Part shown: positions 62,365 to 64,000 of the stretch, piece by piece
How positions within the stretch are numbered: the stretch's first letter is position 1
How the letters are laid out: each line of letters opens with the position of its first letter
From: an uncultured Clostridia bacterium
GTDB lineage: Bacteria; Bacillota; Clostridia; TANB77; CAG-508
Reading direction: 5' to 3'
DNA: 64,000 bases
Assembly: GCA_910589185.1 (NCBI GenBank)
Contig: CAJUSU010000001.1
Coordinates: forward strand, 1,191-65,190
The notes under the pieces: model-generated
Told to the model about the DNA's origin: nothing
The model's input: the letters and a program-made list of their open reading frames with translations, nothing else
Databases searched by the model: none
Program-made: the position numbers and the translations under genes

Positions 62365-64000
62365 TTGTATTTAAAAAGAATGGAATTGCAAGGTTTTAAA
62401 TCCTTTGCAGATAAAACAGTATTAGAATTTAAACCGGGTATCACTTCTGTAATTGGTCCAAATGGTTCAGGAAAAAGTAACATTTCAGATGCGATTCGTT
62501 GGGTACTTGGTGAACAAAGTATGAAATCCTTAAGAGGTGCAAAATCTGAGGATATTATTTTTGCGGGAACACAAGCTAGAAAATCACTAGGGTTTGCTGA
62601 AGTTTCTATTGTCATTGACAATTCAGATAGTAAATTACCAGTAGAATATACAGAAGTAACTGTGACCAGAAAAATTTATCGTAGCGGAGAAACAGGGTAT
62701 TTTATTAACAAAACACCTTGCCGTTTGAAAGACATTTTGGAATTGTTCATGGATACTGGAATTGGAAAAGATGGATATAGTATCATTGGACAAGGTAAAA
62801 TTGATGAGATTTTAAGTAATAAATCAGAAGATAGAAGACATATTTTTGAAGAAGCAGCAGGAATTGTAAAATATAGAACGAGAAAAGCGGAGTCTGAAAA
62901 GAAGTTAGAGCAAACAAAATTAAACTTACTTCGTATTAATGACATTTTATCAGAAATAGAGGGCAGCCTTGAACCACTTAAAATGCAAGCTGATAAAGCA
63001 AAGCAATTTCTAGACTTAAGAGAAGAATTAAAGTCTATTGAAGTAGGACTTTTTGTGTATAATATTGCTACTTACAAAGAGAAGTTAGAACAAATTGTAA
63101 AAGACTATGATATTTTAGTTTCTCAAAAAGAGTCAGAAGATACGAAAATGGAGAATTTGCAAGCAGGTAAGGAAGCGTTAAGGCAAGCGATTGATGATAT
63201 TACGAAGCAAATTGAAGAAATGCAAAACTTAGGATTTGAAAGTAGTAATAAAATTGAGAAAATCAATTCTGAAATTGGAATTCACAAAGAGAGAATTCAG
63301 AATAATAACAATAATCAAGAAAGATTAGTTGGAGAAATTGAAGAAGTAAAAACAAGAATTTCAGAATTGCAAGAAGAACAAAAACAAAAATTAGAAAAGA
63401 AAACTAGCTTAGGTTCTAATAAGGAAAAGTTTGAAAAGGAATTGGCAGAAAAGGAAGCCGAGCTTAGCGAATTAACGAAGAAGCTATCAGATAAAGAGTT
63501 AGAAATCGAAGGAAAGAAACAAGCAGTTGAGCAATACACAGATAAAAAATATGAGTTGGCAAGTGAAGTTAATACTTTAGAGGTCAATTTTGAAAACTTA
63601 GAAAAACGTAAAAAACAAGTGCAAAATGAGATTAGTGCTACGATTTCAGAATTGGATAGCACAAGAATGGAAAAGCAAGAGCTTTCAAAAGGATTTTATG
63701 AAATTGAGTCTAAAAGAAATGCAGCAGCGGCCAATTTAGAGAAAAAACAAACAGCTAAAAATGAAAGTATGCAAAAGGTAAAACAGTTTGAAGAAGAAGT
63801 TAGCAAGCTAGAATACAACCAGAGAATGAAACAAGCTAGACATCAATTTTTAGTGGAAACAGAAAAGGAAAAAGAGGGATACAACAAAACCGTCAAATCT
63901 CTATTATTCCATTGTGAAAAAGATAGTAGCTTAAACAAAGGAGTTCATGGAGTTTTAGCGAATTTAGTATCCGTAGACAAAGAATATGAGTTGGCAATTG
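62365..64000 (+). CDS. smc: Chromosome partition protein Smc, 3'-truncated by the window edge
   Basis: TTG start 6 nt after RBS AGGTGA. MYLKRMELQGFKSFADKTVLEFKPGITSVIGPNGSGKSNISDAIRWVLGEQS is the canonical SMC head with Walker A. A long coiled coil follows. The frame is open to nt 64000, which explains its absence from the ORF track. Confidence 0.9.
   Translation, partial: MYLKRMELQGFKSFADKTVLEFKPGITSVIGPNGSGKSNISDAIRWVLGEQSMKSLRGAKSEDIIFAGTQARKSLGFAEVSIVIDNSDSKLPVEYTEVTVTRKIYRSGETGYFINKTPCRLKDILELFMDTGIGKDGYSIIGQGKIDEILSNKSEDRRHIFEEAAGIVKYRTRKAESEKKLEQTKLNLLRINDILSEIEGSLEPLKMQADKAKQFLDLREELKSIEVGLFVYNIATYKEKLEQIVKDYDILVSQKESEDTKMENLQAGKEALRQAIDDITKQIEEMQNLGFESSNKIEKINSEIGIHKERIQNNNNNQERLVGEIEEVKTRISELQEEQKQKLEKKTSLGSNKEKFEKELAEKEAELSELTKKLSDKELEIEGKKQAVEQYTDKKYELASEVNTLEVNFENLEKRKKQVQNEISATISELDSTRMEKQELSKGFYEIESKRNAAAANLEKKQTAKNESMQKVKQFEEEVSKLEYNQRMKQARHQFLVETEKEKEGYNKTVKSLLFHCEKDSSLNKGVHGVLANLVSVDKEYELAI

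Noticed and set aside
1-64000. tRNA, rRNA, tmRNA, prophage, transposon or defence-system genes (restriction-modification, CBASS, Cas, abortive infection and similar)
   Set aside because: I found no T-loop/acceptor-type tRNA signatures in the intergenic regions. No ORF has nuclease, methylase, cyclase, integrase or transposase motifs. Every ORF above 100 aa is accounted for by the annotated genes.

Overview
This is an AT-rich chromosomal window that looks Firmicutes/Clostridia-like: TTGACA-17-TATAAT promoters, AGGAGG-type RBSs and sporulation-type genes. Nearly half of it (5683-37014, + strand) is one uninterrupted 31,332-nt ORF encoding a 10,443-aa exported protein. That protein has an N-terminal signal/anchor and 17 consecutive modules of [7-bladed RCC1 beta-propeller + Big_2 Ig-like domain]. 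These are followed by 23 tandem cadherin-like beta-sandwich domains, a CarboxypepD_reg-like domain and a dockerin-like repeat pair. The C-terminus is an M23 (LytM/lysostaphin-type) peptidase with intact HxxxD and HxH motifs. Upstream lie a second large, 5'-truncated Ig-repeat surface protein with an unusual tail-anchor topology and a small PepSY-like membrane protein. The rest is housekeeping: SDR, BI-1/YccA, CAP/YkwD, rpoB, rpoC, gdpP, sortase, rplI, dnaB, tilS, ftsH, class B PBP, HD-GYP, XRE regulator, MtaD-like amidohydrolase and smc (3'-truncated). Four non-coding observations stand out. (1) A family of 31-50-nt palindromic elements (conserved core GGGACGTTAGTTT, covarying stems) starts exactly one nt after the stop codons of four genes. 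(2) Two loci look like type I toxin-antitoxin modules: a consensus promoter drives a short RNA into a bidirectional terminator, convergent with a 30-36-aa hydrophobic ORF that has a strong RBS. (3) dnaB and the HD-GYP gene each carry a 1-nt frameshift, both at a T-CGG context. (4) rpoB has its own promoter and a leader attenuator. I recognised no tRNA, rRNA, CRISPR array, transposase, integrase or phage genes. All domain calls are by-eye motif recognition, not database searches, and sub-domain coordinates are approximate.
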